A stretch of 63,460 bases of DNA, counting the filler, from Olpidium bornovanus S191 (taxonomy: Eukaryota > Fungi > Olpidiomycota), in NCBI GenBank assembly GCA_017911155.1. It is 30 parts of 30 records of this genome, joined end to end, with 100 filler letters (N's around TTAATTAATTAA, not from the genome) between each part and the next. Parts side by side here need not be neighbours in the genome. Positions count along the whole stretch, not along the records: positions 1 to 2,393 come from JAEFCI010013419.1; positions 2,494 to 4,779 come from JAEFCI010002012.1; positions 4,880 to 6,555 come from JAEFCI010008829.1; positions 6,656 to 8,046 come from JAEFCI010003155.1; positions 8,147 to 9,783 come from JAEFCI010004406.1; 25 more parts are not named here. One strand, 5' to 3'. Both the position numbers and the translations under genes were made by a program. Shown here in pieces: positions 1-9,883 of this stretch. Numbering within the stretch: position 1 is the stretch's first letter; the number at the start of each line of letters is the position of its first letter. Below the pieces are notes generated by a model. That model had not been told where the DNA came from. It was given only the letters and a program-made list of their open reading frames with translations, and did no database searches.

Positions 1-1140
1 CATGGTTTGGCTCTAAAGCGCAAACACGGACCCTCAAGTTAGACATAATAACGAAATGCTGCCCGCAAGAGCATCAGAAGAAAGTGTCATTTGAACACAA
101 CTGCGGGTACGGTCGACTACGTGTAGGTCAGCGGCGCAACTCACTTGGACACCGCTAACAGCGCACACCACAAGAATAGCGCCGTCCAGAACACGGAGAG
201 CACGCTCGACCTCGATGGTGAAATCGACATGTCCGGGGGTGTCAATAATGTTGAAGCTGTAGTCGCCCCAGTCGCAGTACGTCGCTGCGGACTGAATAGT
301 TATGCCCTTCTCCCGCTCCAGGTCCATCGAGTCCATTTTCGCGCCGACTCCGTCGCGCCCCTTCACGTCGTGGATCTCCTTAATGCGGCCGGTGTAGTAC
401 AAGACACGCTCTGTGAGCGTGGTTTTCCCGGAGTCGATGTGCGCTGAGATACCGATGTTGCGAAGCTTCGGGAGGCGGACCTACAGTTACCGCGCAGAGG
501 AGCAAACGCAGCGATCAGCGGCGGCCGTCAGCGCGCGGAGAGCGCCAGGCAACTTGGTACTGCTGCTGCACATGCCGCCCCGCCCCCCTCGCTTCTCCTT
601 GCGCTTGACCACTCGACGCCGCGTGGCCAAAGCCGTGTTTTGACGCCGCCACCCGCTGACAGACGGTACACCCACAGAGTCAGTAGGAAATGCGCCTTCC
701 GCGGCGGGAGCGGACGTCGTTTCCACATCAGCGGCCGCAACCGACGAATACGACCGGTGGCCTTGCGGGAACGCGGCAGGTGACAGGGCGTAAACCCGGA
801 GGGCGTCAGCGCTCTTCCTGCTGAAGTTCCGGCAGCCACATGGCAAGAGCGGAGAGGCGCATGCCGTCGAGCCGGCAAGTGGAGCGGCAGAGATACGCTT
901 TCCAAACAGCACCGTCGAACGTGGGTGAACGGCTGAAACGCGTCCGCCAGCGGCTACATCCAATGGCGCGTTGGCGGTGAGCGCAGCTCGTCTCGAAAAG
1001 GCGCCGGCGCTCGCCGTGTGCAGCGCGCCGACAGGCGAAGCGGCGGCTGCGGCAAGGGTTGCCCTCGCGGCGGGTAAGGGCAAGGGCGGCGGCGACGGCA
1101 GCACCGCGGAGGCGCGCGAGCAGCAGCGACGGACTGCCAT
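1..1140 (-). CDS. MEF1: Mitochondrial elongation factor G1, 5' part (3'-truncated by window/contig end)
   Basis: Exons approx. 1140-676 (Arg/Ala/Ser-rich presequence MAVRRCCSR...), 480-145 ([28 protein letters not shown]...[12 protein letters not shown]...IDTPGHVDF...[13 protein letters not shown], donor GTGAGT) and 12-1 (SQTM after TTTAG). These are G1-G3 motifs of EF-G. Confidence 0.95.
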
Positions 1141-2493
1141 TGTTTTCTGCGGCACTTGGGAGCCCCGCGAACCAAACGGGGGGGGGGTGGGGGGGGGCCG
1201 CTGGTCGCTGGAAGCCTCGTCTGGCCCCCAAAATAAGCCGGTCACCGGCAGTGGAGTCTGACCCACAAAACGACCTAGTGCAGTCAGCGTCTAGGCGCAG
1301 ACTTCGAGGGGCGTGCAGAGATGGCGCCAGGATTACACCCGGAAGCCCACAAACCTGAAAATACCGCGAGGGTTATTTTCTTTTTCTTCCTTATTCTGGT
1401 TGAAACGAGATTGGCCCGCGCCTTGTGGGAGCGGTGAGCTGACAGAGGACTTGCGTGAGAAACGGCACCGGCAATCGGGGACTGTTAGACGCTCCTGCGC
1501 GGTTTCAGATTTGCTGGACGTACCCGTGCTGTGATCCTGGCCGGCGGTAGCGGCATTGCGGCTGAGACGTGCTGCGTTGTTTTTACTTTGTTCTTTGCGA
1601 AGACAGCGGCTTCCCGTGCCGGCGGCGGAGCGACTGCAACTGGAAACGACCTCCAGAACGAACGAAGGGTCTTGGCGCAGGATGCGCCCAGTTTCATTGC
1701 AAAACAAAAAACGTGACTCCCGCGAGGCCCAATCACGAAACCTAGTGCTGGTGGCGCTTCCGCCAACGTCTATATTGATTTTCTTTTGGCTCAAGGGGGG
1801 GGACTGTCTGCGTTCGGCCGAGGTCTTGATCTCGCGGCATACCCGCCGGCGTAGCGCTCCGGCGAGCGTCGACCCCTTTTCCCCCAATTAGCGCTGTTGC
1901 CGCCGCCGCCGCCGCCGCCGCTTGCGCTGGGTTGCGCGGCTTGCTTCGTTCTGGACTCGTGCGCGTCGAACGCCCTCTGCAGCAGACCCATGACGTCGAC
2001 ACTGGAATCGTCTTTCTTTACGGAGAGGGGCGCGGCTCTCGACGGTGTCATCGCGCTAACGGGCAGCATTTGGTGCGCCTCGCGCGCCGAGTCCGAAACG
2101 AAGGTTGAGGGCGGCAAAGTCTGTGCCGCCGGAGGCGCCCAGGCTGACTGTGCTCGTAAACTGGGCCATGTTGGACAGGGAGGGGCGCTCAGAAATTGCG
2201 ACCGGCCACGGTACGCTATCTGGCAAGTCTCGCCAAAACGCCTCTCGACCACTCACTCCTCCAAATTCGACGACATGCGCTCCCGATCCCGCGGGTCGAA
2301 AACCCAGAGGCCAAATATTTGGTCTGCGTAGGTACAAGAATGCGTTCAGGAAACAAGCACAAAACACAACCTCTATTGTCGATTAGCAAAAAGNNNNNNN
2401 NNNNNNNNNNNNNNNNNNNNNNNNNNNNNNNNNNNNNTTAATTAATTAANNNNNNNNNNNNNNNNNNNNNNNNNNNNNNNNNNNNNNNNNNNN

Positions 2494-4047
2494 CATGGCA
2501 AGCTTCTGGAACACTGACGCCGTTATGCGATCGCGCCTCACGTTCTGCCGCAGAGTCGACTGCCATCGTTGGCCCCGGTGCATTCCCGTTCTCAAGAGGC
2601 TTCCTAAGCAAAAGCGACGGCCTCGCGGCAACGATCTCCTGCTTCTCCGACCCTGTCGTTCCGTTCGGATGGCCAGGGGTCAAGTAACTCCAAAGAGTTG
2701 GCCCGTCTCGGGACTCCGGAAATGTCGGGGAACCTGGGGCTGTCAGCAAATGCTGTTGCTCCGCGCAAGCGTGCTGTTTCCCACTGCGGCTACCTTCCCA
2801 CGTTCGAGGTTTCAATGGAGAGGGCGGTTCCTCGTGCACCTCGGAGGTTAAAACGATGTCACCAGCGGTGTCTGCCCCCCCGCTGTTCGCTGCGCGCCGA
2901 ACGTCTTCGATGCCGCTATGAGGATCTTGGTCTCCCGGCGCGCGGTGCGCCGGGAACTGGCGGCGCTCGATGGAATGCAGCATTGCAGAAGGATGCGCTG
3001 TGGGCACGATGTTGACAGTCCGGACCTCGTCCTCGTACTCTTCCACTTGCGGTCCGACCGGTGCAGCGCAATACCTTGTCTGCTTCACATCAGTTCGCCA
3101 TGCACGGGCCACGCCCGGGGCCGCGGCGATGGTTTTCGGCCGAAGCGCGGTCGGCCCCTGCCGCCTCGTCAAAGCAGCCTGCTCCTGCTTTTCCTTCAGC
3201 ACACCGTTCCTGTGCCCGAAGGCAGAGTTGCTGCGCGAGGAGGAGGGCGGGGTGGACGGCATCCGGTCTTCTTCGGGTTTTCCCCACGAAGCTCGTCGGG
3301 ACGGCGGTCCTGTCGACCCCAAACTTTGGGTGTCGGACTGGCGGCGGATCCGCCCTGCGCTTCCGGGGCGGGCGAGCCTCGCCAGCTCCGCGTGCTTCTT
3401 CCTGCACTCGGCGACAAAGTCCGTCGCAAACATTACCTTCCTCTCGACGTACTTCCCCGACTTTGAGAGCAAGTGTTCCTTTTTGATCGTAGGTCGATAC
3501 GCGAACTCGTCGCGACATATCCTCCAGACGGACTCGAGGAAGCGGGCGTCCGTCTTCGCATAGAGGTCGTATAGGCCGCGCTCAAAAAGGTGGTTGGCCA
3601 GCAGCGGCGAGTAGTCGAGAAGCGCGTGATGCAAGATCGGAAGGATCGTCTGCGGGCTCCCGCTGAGCAGGCTGCCGGAAGAAGACAAGGGTCCAGGTTG
3701 GCCCGGCTACTCTGGACGTTCGCCTCTGACCTCACAAGCAAACGAGACGCCGCGAGTCGGGTCCGTCGCGATGGAGGCGATGCGGCCCGTCGACTTCTCC
3801 GCACCGGCGGGCGAAAGAGCGCACGCGGGCCACCCTCAGATGCATATCCATATATATGTACATATATATGCCTCTCTCTCTCCCCTTACCCTTCCAGGAA
3901 CCTCCTCTCGGCGGCGTCGAAGAACGCGGGATGGTGGCCAATGGCGTCGGCGCCGCCGTGGGGAGGGCGGTAATTCACCAGAGCCAACTCCTTCCTCAGC
4001 TTGTTGATGTTGTTGCGGACGTCGCCGGTTACCGAGAGGGTGGACAT
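2494..4047 (-). CDS. CEP44: Centrosomal protein CEP44 homolog, 3'-truncated
   Basis: First exon MSTLSVTGDVRNNINKLRKELALVNYRPP (ATG 4047). Next exon GSPQTILPILHHALLDYSPLLANHLFERGLYDLYAKTDARFLESVWRICRDEFAYRPTIKKE...KYVERKVMFATDFVAECRKKHAEL parallels the CEP44 N-terminal domain (GDPAASLPII..SYSP...ELIAKNDLRFID.VYK.LRDQFNYKP), followed by a low-complexity tail. Confidence 0.88.
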
Positions 4048-4368
4048 CGGACGAGCGGAAGGTAAACGGCGCGACGCTTTCGGGCCGGGGCGTCCGGTCG
4101 CGGCGACTGGCGAAGGAAGACGCAGGGCGGGAAGAGAGAGAGAGAGAGAGAGGGCCGTGGGAGAGGGAGGGGAGGTGAGGCGGGGAGAGGGAGCGGAGAA
4201 AAGGGACGGTTGGGAGGGTTGGCGCCTGCGCGTGTTTCGGGGCGCGCCCTTTTTCTTTTCCGATTTGTTGAGGCTGTCCGTTGTTGTGTTTGGTGCTTAT
4301 TGTGCTTTGTGAGTAAACCGGAGGGGAAACGTAAAGAGGCTCTCGTTATATCCCTCGTGGGGCCTCCT

Positions 4369-4408
4369 TGGCTCCTTCCATGGCTCCCTCCATGGCTCCT
4401 TCCATGGC
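4369..4408. repeat. 12-bp tandem repeat (TGGCTCCYTCCA) x3.3
   Basis: tggctccttcca-tggctccctcca-tggctccttcca-tggc read directly. Confidence 0.9.
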
Positions 4409-4902
4409 ACCACGGCGGTGCGCCATGGCGGGGGGGGGGTCCTCGTGGAGGTCTCGTGTTTCACAACACTCCTCCTCACAGCCATGCCATGGTTCCGGGA
4501 TCGGCTGTGTCCAGAAAGATAGAATCCGCACGCGTCACGTCCTTGGCGGCGTTGCGGAAGAGAAACTACGTAAACCGTAACAGTACGGGGGATTGGCTAC
4601 ACATCGGCGAGCTCTGCTCCCTCAGAGATAGCGCCAGGGTTTTACCCCTGATACTTACCATGGAGGAGTAATATTTTCACTTTTTGGGGATCACGTTCGA
4701 TTGCTGCACTTTCCGAAATTTGTGATTGTATCTGGCTGATCTTTGGCTCGTTGGAAAGTTCTCATCAAGAGTAACAAGCNNNNNNNNNNNNNNNNNNNNN
4801 NNNNNNNNNNNNNNNNNNNNNNNTTAATTAATTAANNNNNNNNNNNNNNNNNNNNNNNNNNNNNNNNNNNNNNNNNNNNCATGGAAAGTCCTCCGTGCCG
4901 TA

Positions 4903-6305
4903 GCCGAGTGGAACGCTTCTGGCATCCGGTTCCTATGACGGTCAAGTCCGCATATGGGCAAGCGTAGGCAACGCAGATCCCTCATTAGGTAGGAGACCTA
5001 GTTAATAAACAAATCGATCTGTGTGAGCATTCCACCATCTTCCAGAATTGGCATATTATTTTTAATATAAGCATATCAGGCACCCCGCCAGGGGAGCTGC
5101 GGCGCCTTTTGACAGGACACCACGGCCCAATCTTTGTGCTTAAGTGGAACAAAAGAGGGAATCTCCTCCTCAGCGCCGGCGTCGATGGCAATACGTTCAT
5201 ATGGAACGCTGTGAGTGGGGAAGTAGTGCAGCAGTTCCGCGTACACGGGGGTAAGTTCCGAATTTTTACTCCTTAAGTGTGGGCACCCCTATCGCAGGCA
5301 GGGAAGGAGGTCACTAACGTGATGACTTCCCAACAGCAACCGCCGGAGTATTGGACGCTGATTGGCGGGACGACACCGTGTTTGCCACGGCTTCGAACGG
5401 TCGGGACATCGCCGTGTGTCAGGTTGGGACGGAGGGACCCTTGAAGTTTTTCAAGGGCCACACGGTGAGGGCCAATGAGCATAGTGGTGGATAAATGCCC
5501 TAATGAAAGCGCCGTCGGAATGCCCATTTTTAATGCTCTCTTTTCCTGGATAGGAGGAGGTAAATGCCGCACGGTGGGACCCGTCTGGGACATACTTGGC
5601 GTCCTGTTCAGACGACGGCACGGCAAAGGTAATCTTCTTTTCTTTAGAGATTGTATTTTACCTGGTCCGCTCGGTTCTGTGTCCTTGCGTTCGCTTACTC
5701 CCTGTCTAAATGCAGATCTGGAGTCTAGCCTATGACGACCCGGTCATAGGCCTGGCGCACCGCAAACAGATCTACACTTTGCGGTGGTCGCCGAAAACGA
5801 ACGGGGGCGGACAGCGGGTGCTGGCGACCGCGTCGTACGACCACACGGTCAAGCTCTGGGAAATTCCCGGCGGCACCTGCCTGCGGACGTTAATGGGCCA
5901 CACTGATTCAGTGATGGCCCTCGCGTTCAGCCCCTCGGGCAATCTGGTGGCCACAGGCGGCTTTGACAAGGACAAGGAGGTGCGCCTATGGAATGCAGAG
6001 ACGGGCAAGCTCGTCCGCCGGCACAACGTGCGCGCGGGCGTGTACGAGGTCGGCTGGAACTCGGCAGGGGATTGCGTGGCGGCGTCAGTATCCGATCAGA
6101 GGGTGCGTTGCTTGCTCCACGACGATGTCTCGCACGCTTTTTGTCGCGGAAATTTGCGGACGGCTTTTTGGTCCGTCGCCTGGTTCCTTTTTTCGTTTTT
6201 TTTTTTTTTTTTTTTTGGTTTTTCTCGACCCGGCAGCAAAAAACTGACGTATGGTTCGAGATCACGTTTGTTTTACAGGTGGTTGTGATCCGCGCGCCGT
6301 CATGA
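4903..6305 (+). CDS. TBL1: TBL1/Ebi/SIF2-family WD40 protein, C-terminal exons (5'-truncated)
   Basis: Spliced segments PSGTLLASGSYDGQVRIW; LTGHHGPIFVLKWNKRGNLLLSAGVDGNTFIWNA; GVLDADWRDDTVFATASNG...FKGHT; KQIYTLRWSP...VLATASYDHTVKLWE...GVYEVGWNSAGDCVAASVSD. These match TBL1XR1 repeats in order. Confidence 0.9.
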
Positions 6306-6483
6306 CTGACGTACGCCATCAATGACCAGCAGTGGGCCACGTCTCCCCCGTGCGAGCCACTTGTGCTCCGGTCCCGTGTCTACCTGAGAGTTCAAGCTGT
6401 CCAGTATCGTTTCAAGTTCTGCCTTTACTGTCCGTAGTCACTTTTAATCGTTCGACTTGATCCCTTTTTTATCGAGCCGGCTG

Positions 6484-6501
6484 CCCCCCCCCCCACCACC
6501 C

Positions 6502-6555
<54 letters not shown>
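6484..6555. repeat. Poly-C tract at contig end
   Basis: About 70 nt of almost pure C. Similar poly-G/C tracts end or start contigs at 45604-45656, 56850-56909 and 57020-57062. Confidence 0.9.
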
Positions 6556-7230
6556 NNNNNNNNNNNNNNNNNNNNNNNNNNNNNNNNNNNNNNNNNNNNT
6601 TAATTAATTAANNNNNNNNNNNNNNNNNNNNNNNNNNNNNNNNNNNNNNNNNNNNCATGGAAGGGAAGGGTGATTGGAAAAACGGGGTGGAGGGGAAAGT
6701 GGCAAAGATGGCAAGTCGAATGTTGTTGCTGACCTGCCACATTGCATTCCCTGCCTATTGATTCGTGCACTTCGTCCATTACGTCATTGACGCTTAATGA
6801 CTGCAATGTTGCGCTCGATGCGGGCACGCTACTCCGATCGTGGATGCTTGATAGCTGTTGCGGACCTCGTTGGGCACGTCGTCGCTCACGGTCGTCACCT
6901 ATGTCATTGCATATATGGTTGCATTTGCATTGCTTATGCTGCGTATGTCGCATATGTTGCGTACGCCAGGGTTACGCTGGTACTTTCCAAAAAAACCGTT
7001 CCGCCAACGTCCCATGAAAAGGAAATACGCCTGTTTTATTTCGCGTTGCAACTTTCATTCCGTTCCTCCCCTCCTCCCTCCCCCCCCAAAAAAATGGCCC
7101 CAAAAGCAAGCTCCCCGTGTTATCCCGACGATCGCGCCACTTTCTGCCAACGATTCGTTCGCGCTTTCCCCGACAGTCGCAACTTGACCAGACAATGCAA
7201 GTGGTTTTGCTGTATTACGTAGGTTACCTC

Positions 7231-7420
7231 CTGCCCCTGCCATATTTTTCCAAATACATCAGCGTGCCTCCTTCGCGCTTGTCACCGTGATATTTCGTTT
7301 GATCTCGTCGGTTGGCTTGGAATTGCCGAATCCCGTAGTTCACCCCCCGGTTTAGCAGTTTAGACGTATCTTTCCAAAATACATATCCGGTGTCAAAGGG
7401 ACTCAAAAGGTCTTTGATCG
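7231..7420 (-). CDS. Internal coding exon of an unidentified protein
   Basis: Open, high-complexity frame RSFLAALAIKDLLSPFDTGYVFWKDTSKLLNRGVNYGIRQFQANRRDQTKYHGDKREGGTLMYLEKYGRG ending at an AG|GTAACC donor. Family not recognised. Confidence 0.5.
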
Positions 7421-8146
7421 CCAATGCAGCCAGGAATGACCTGTTGCTGACATACGGGAATTGCAATCAGGCCGCCGACGCGTGGTTTGTTTGATTTGCG
7501 GATGCGCCCAGATGTTTTGGAATGCGGCGGTTGTTAGCATTTCATTGAGGCAAGTTGTAACGATAAGTGACCGGGAACACGGCCGCCCCCGCCTCCAACC
7601 TGGCCGGCGGAATTGCCTTGCTGCAGAGCGCGGAAAGGCACAGAATTCGGGACGTTGCGCGGTGAATGCCTGCCGCTGCGCCGCTCCGGGCGCGTCTCTG
7701 CCCTTCGACGTGCTGCGGTGGCGTCCCGGTAACCGGGAAGGGCCAGCGCCAAACCTTCGACCGGGGGGAAGGGGGTGGGGGGGGGGGGGGGGGGGGGGGG
7801 GGGGGAGGGGGGGGGTGGGGTAGAAAAAGGAAAATTTTTGTCGAAAGAAAGAATAAAACACCACCGAGTTTTTCCAACTTACTTTCTGCGGCGACACCCT
7901 TCCCCTTCTTCTCCGCATAGGCGCGCGATTGATTGTTTCGTTCGGAAGCAGAGGCGGTGTGCCGGGATAAAAAAAAGACGGCGGTTCTTCCCGCTTTGCG
8001 GGCGAGCCGGTGCTCACCGCTCAGAGACAGGTTTTTCAGGCTGGGANNNNNNNNNNNNNNNNNNNNNNNNNNNNNNNNNNNNNNNNNNNNTTAATTAATT
8101 AANNNNNNNNNNNNNNNNNNNNNNNNNNNNNNNNNNNNNNNNNNNN

Positions 8147-9783
8147 ATTGCTGAAGTAAGGTGACGACATTTGGCCCAGCGAGCGGGGATAGATACTGCA
8201 GCAAAGCTTGCTTCACATAAAGCAGGTAATTCAGAGGCTGTTGGACTTCAGAAGGAAGGACGCATGACATGCTCTTCGACGGCTTGTGGCTCACGGGGAG
8301 TATGTACGCTAAATCCTACAATTTTCTGTTAGCGAAATGCAAAGCCGAATGTCTGGCAGATGCGAAAATCGGGGCTTACCGTCATCGTGAGCTTGAGGGA
8401 AACATGTCTTGCTAGGAACGCCGAAATAACTGACAATGTCACGTTCGTCGTGAGCCTGCTCTCCAGGAGCGCAACCAGATCTTCTGTGATCTCCTTGTCG
8501 ACAGGATCCACGCCATACACTTCCATCACGAGCTCACGGCATTCAGCGCTGCATTTTGGTGTCGGAATGCACGCCAGGTACTTCTTTGGAGTGGGGTTTG
8601 TTTGAGTAGGTATGAAAACGGGTTGAGCGTCGTATGGGCCAACGGAGGGTGTGGACATGGCGCGGCCGGCGGCCGGAGTGCTTGACAATTCTCTCATTTC
8701 GTCTCTCATTTCGTCCCGATCCGCAGAATCTCTTCTTGACGCATGTTCTGTTGCGTCGCTTTCAGCAGGATTATTCAACATGCCGGGCCCGCTTTCGTAC
8801 AACTTCACGTAAAACACCGATTGACATTTCGCGATCACAAACAGATTCTTTCGATTCCCCACAAAGAACGGGTGCATTACTGTCGAGGCAATGCTGTTCA
8901 GCGCTTGGTTCGGTTTCAGGCGCCAATGGAGCGGACATGACTTGTGGAACACTAAAGGGCATGCGAATTGTCCGGGAGCAAATTTCTTCGCTGAGACCCG
9001 CATGGACGGTTTCCGCGGGTGGCGGACGTGCAAGACCTCGAGCGCGTTATCAGAGCTCTCAAGTTCAGACGTGTCATCCAAAGTCTCATTGGCGTCGCTG
9101 GTCTCGGCTTCGTCAGGCGTAACTAGGTATGCGCTGCGAGTAATCGGGCCGTCAGTGCCGACGATTTCACTCAAAGGTGCTGGATGGGGGCCCGCTCACC
9201 TGCAGATTCTCTTCTCGTTCAGCTCCCGGAGCAAGATGATCCTGTTGACCCGCTCAACAGTGCGGTTTACCGCTCGTGCCACGTGGTCGATGATCGCTGT
9301 CGCTTCTTCCGCGTGTATCACCTTCGAGAAAAAGCAGGTCCGCACGACCGGCGGCGCCGGGAGCAGGAGAAACCAGAATCGCTGCAGCCTGCAAGGTTTC
9401 GACGAAGGGGGTGCGTTATCGCCGCCGTTGCCGCGCGCGGGACCGCTCTTTTCGTTAGCCGGCGGAGAGGCGGGATCCCGCTTTTCGGACACGTAAAAAT
9501 AAGGCCCGGCGTGCCTCAGGTCCAAATGACCGAGGTCCACGCGTCGCAACTCCTCCAGAAACAGCTTCCGCCCGTGCGTGCGGACCAGATGAAGTGGGAT
9601 GTCCTGGACGTGCGCCGCGTGCGAAAAGGGGCTTCGAGAGCTAAGCTGTCCGTAAATAAACCTCAGCAAGGCTTTGGTGACCGGCTTCACGCCTAAAAGA
9701 TAATGAAGTGCTTGGTATTTTAAGAGGCCTTCAAGCCTCGCTTCGACCTCGGCAATCGCTTCCGTTGGACTGAGAGGGGCATG
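8147..9783 (-). CDS. SZT2: SZT2-like protein (KICSTOR subunit), internal fragment
   Basis: KKFAPGQFACPLVFHKSCPLHWRLKPNQALNSIASTVMHPFFVGNRKNLFV...VFYVKLYE...ELVMEVYGVDPVDKEITEDLVALLESRLTTNVTLSVISAFLARHVSLKLT recalls SZT2 (PPGHFAC.VV...H.RL...L.AFSVVNRKNMFV...VYYLRL...LV.VHGV..AG.EIT.ELV..L..RL..ATL.VI...L.RN.KLT). The upstream exon ends VNRIILLRELNEKRIC. Confidence 0.8.
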
Positions 9784-9883
9784 NNNNNNNNNNNNNNNNN
9801 NNNNNNNNNNNNNNNNNNNNNNNNNNNTTAATTAATTAANNNNNNNNNNNNNNNNNNNNNNNNNNNNNNNNNNNNNNNNNNNN

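Noticed and set aside
1333-2367. Second gene upstream of EF-G on the minus strand
   Set aside because: Several open frames and plausible splice signals, but no recognisable homology, so no exon structure could be supported.
2394-2493. ORFs ending in X...LIN or X...N and a recurring TTAATTAATTAA motif
   Set aside because: These are translations of the N-padded linker, not biological sequence.
4651-4724. U1 snRNA-like motifs (ATACTTACC, GATCACG, TGCACT, AATTTGTG in order)
   Set aside because: Spacing is far too compressed relative to U1 and no stem I-III pairing is visible. ATACTTAC is simply the reverse complement of a GTAAGTAT splice donor following an ATG on the minus strand.
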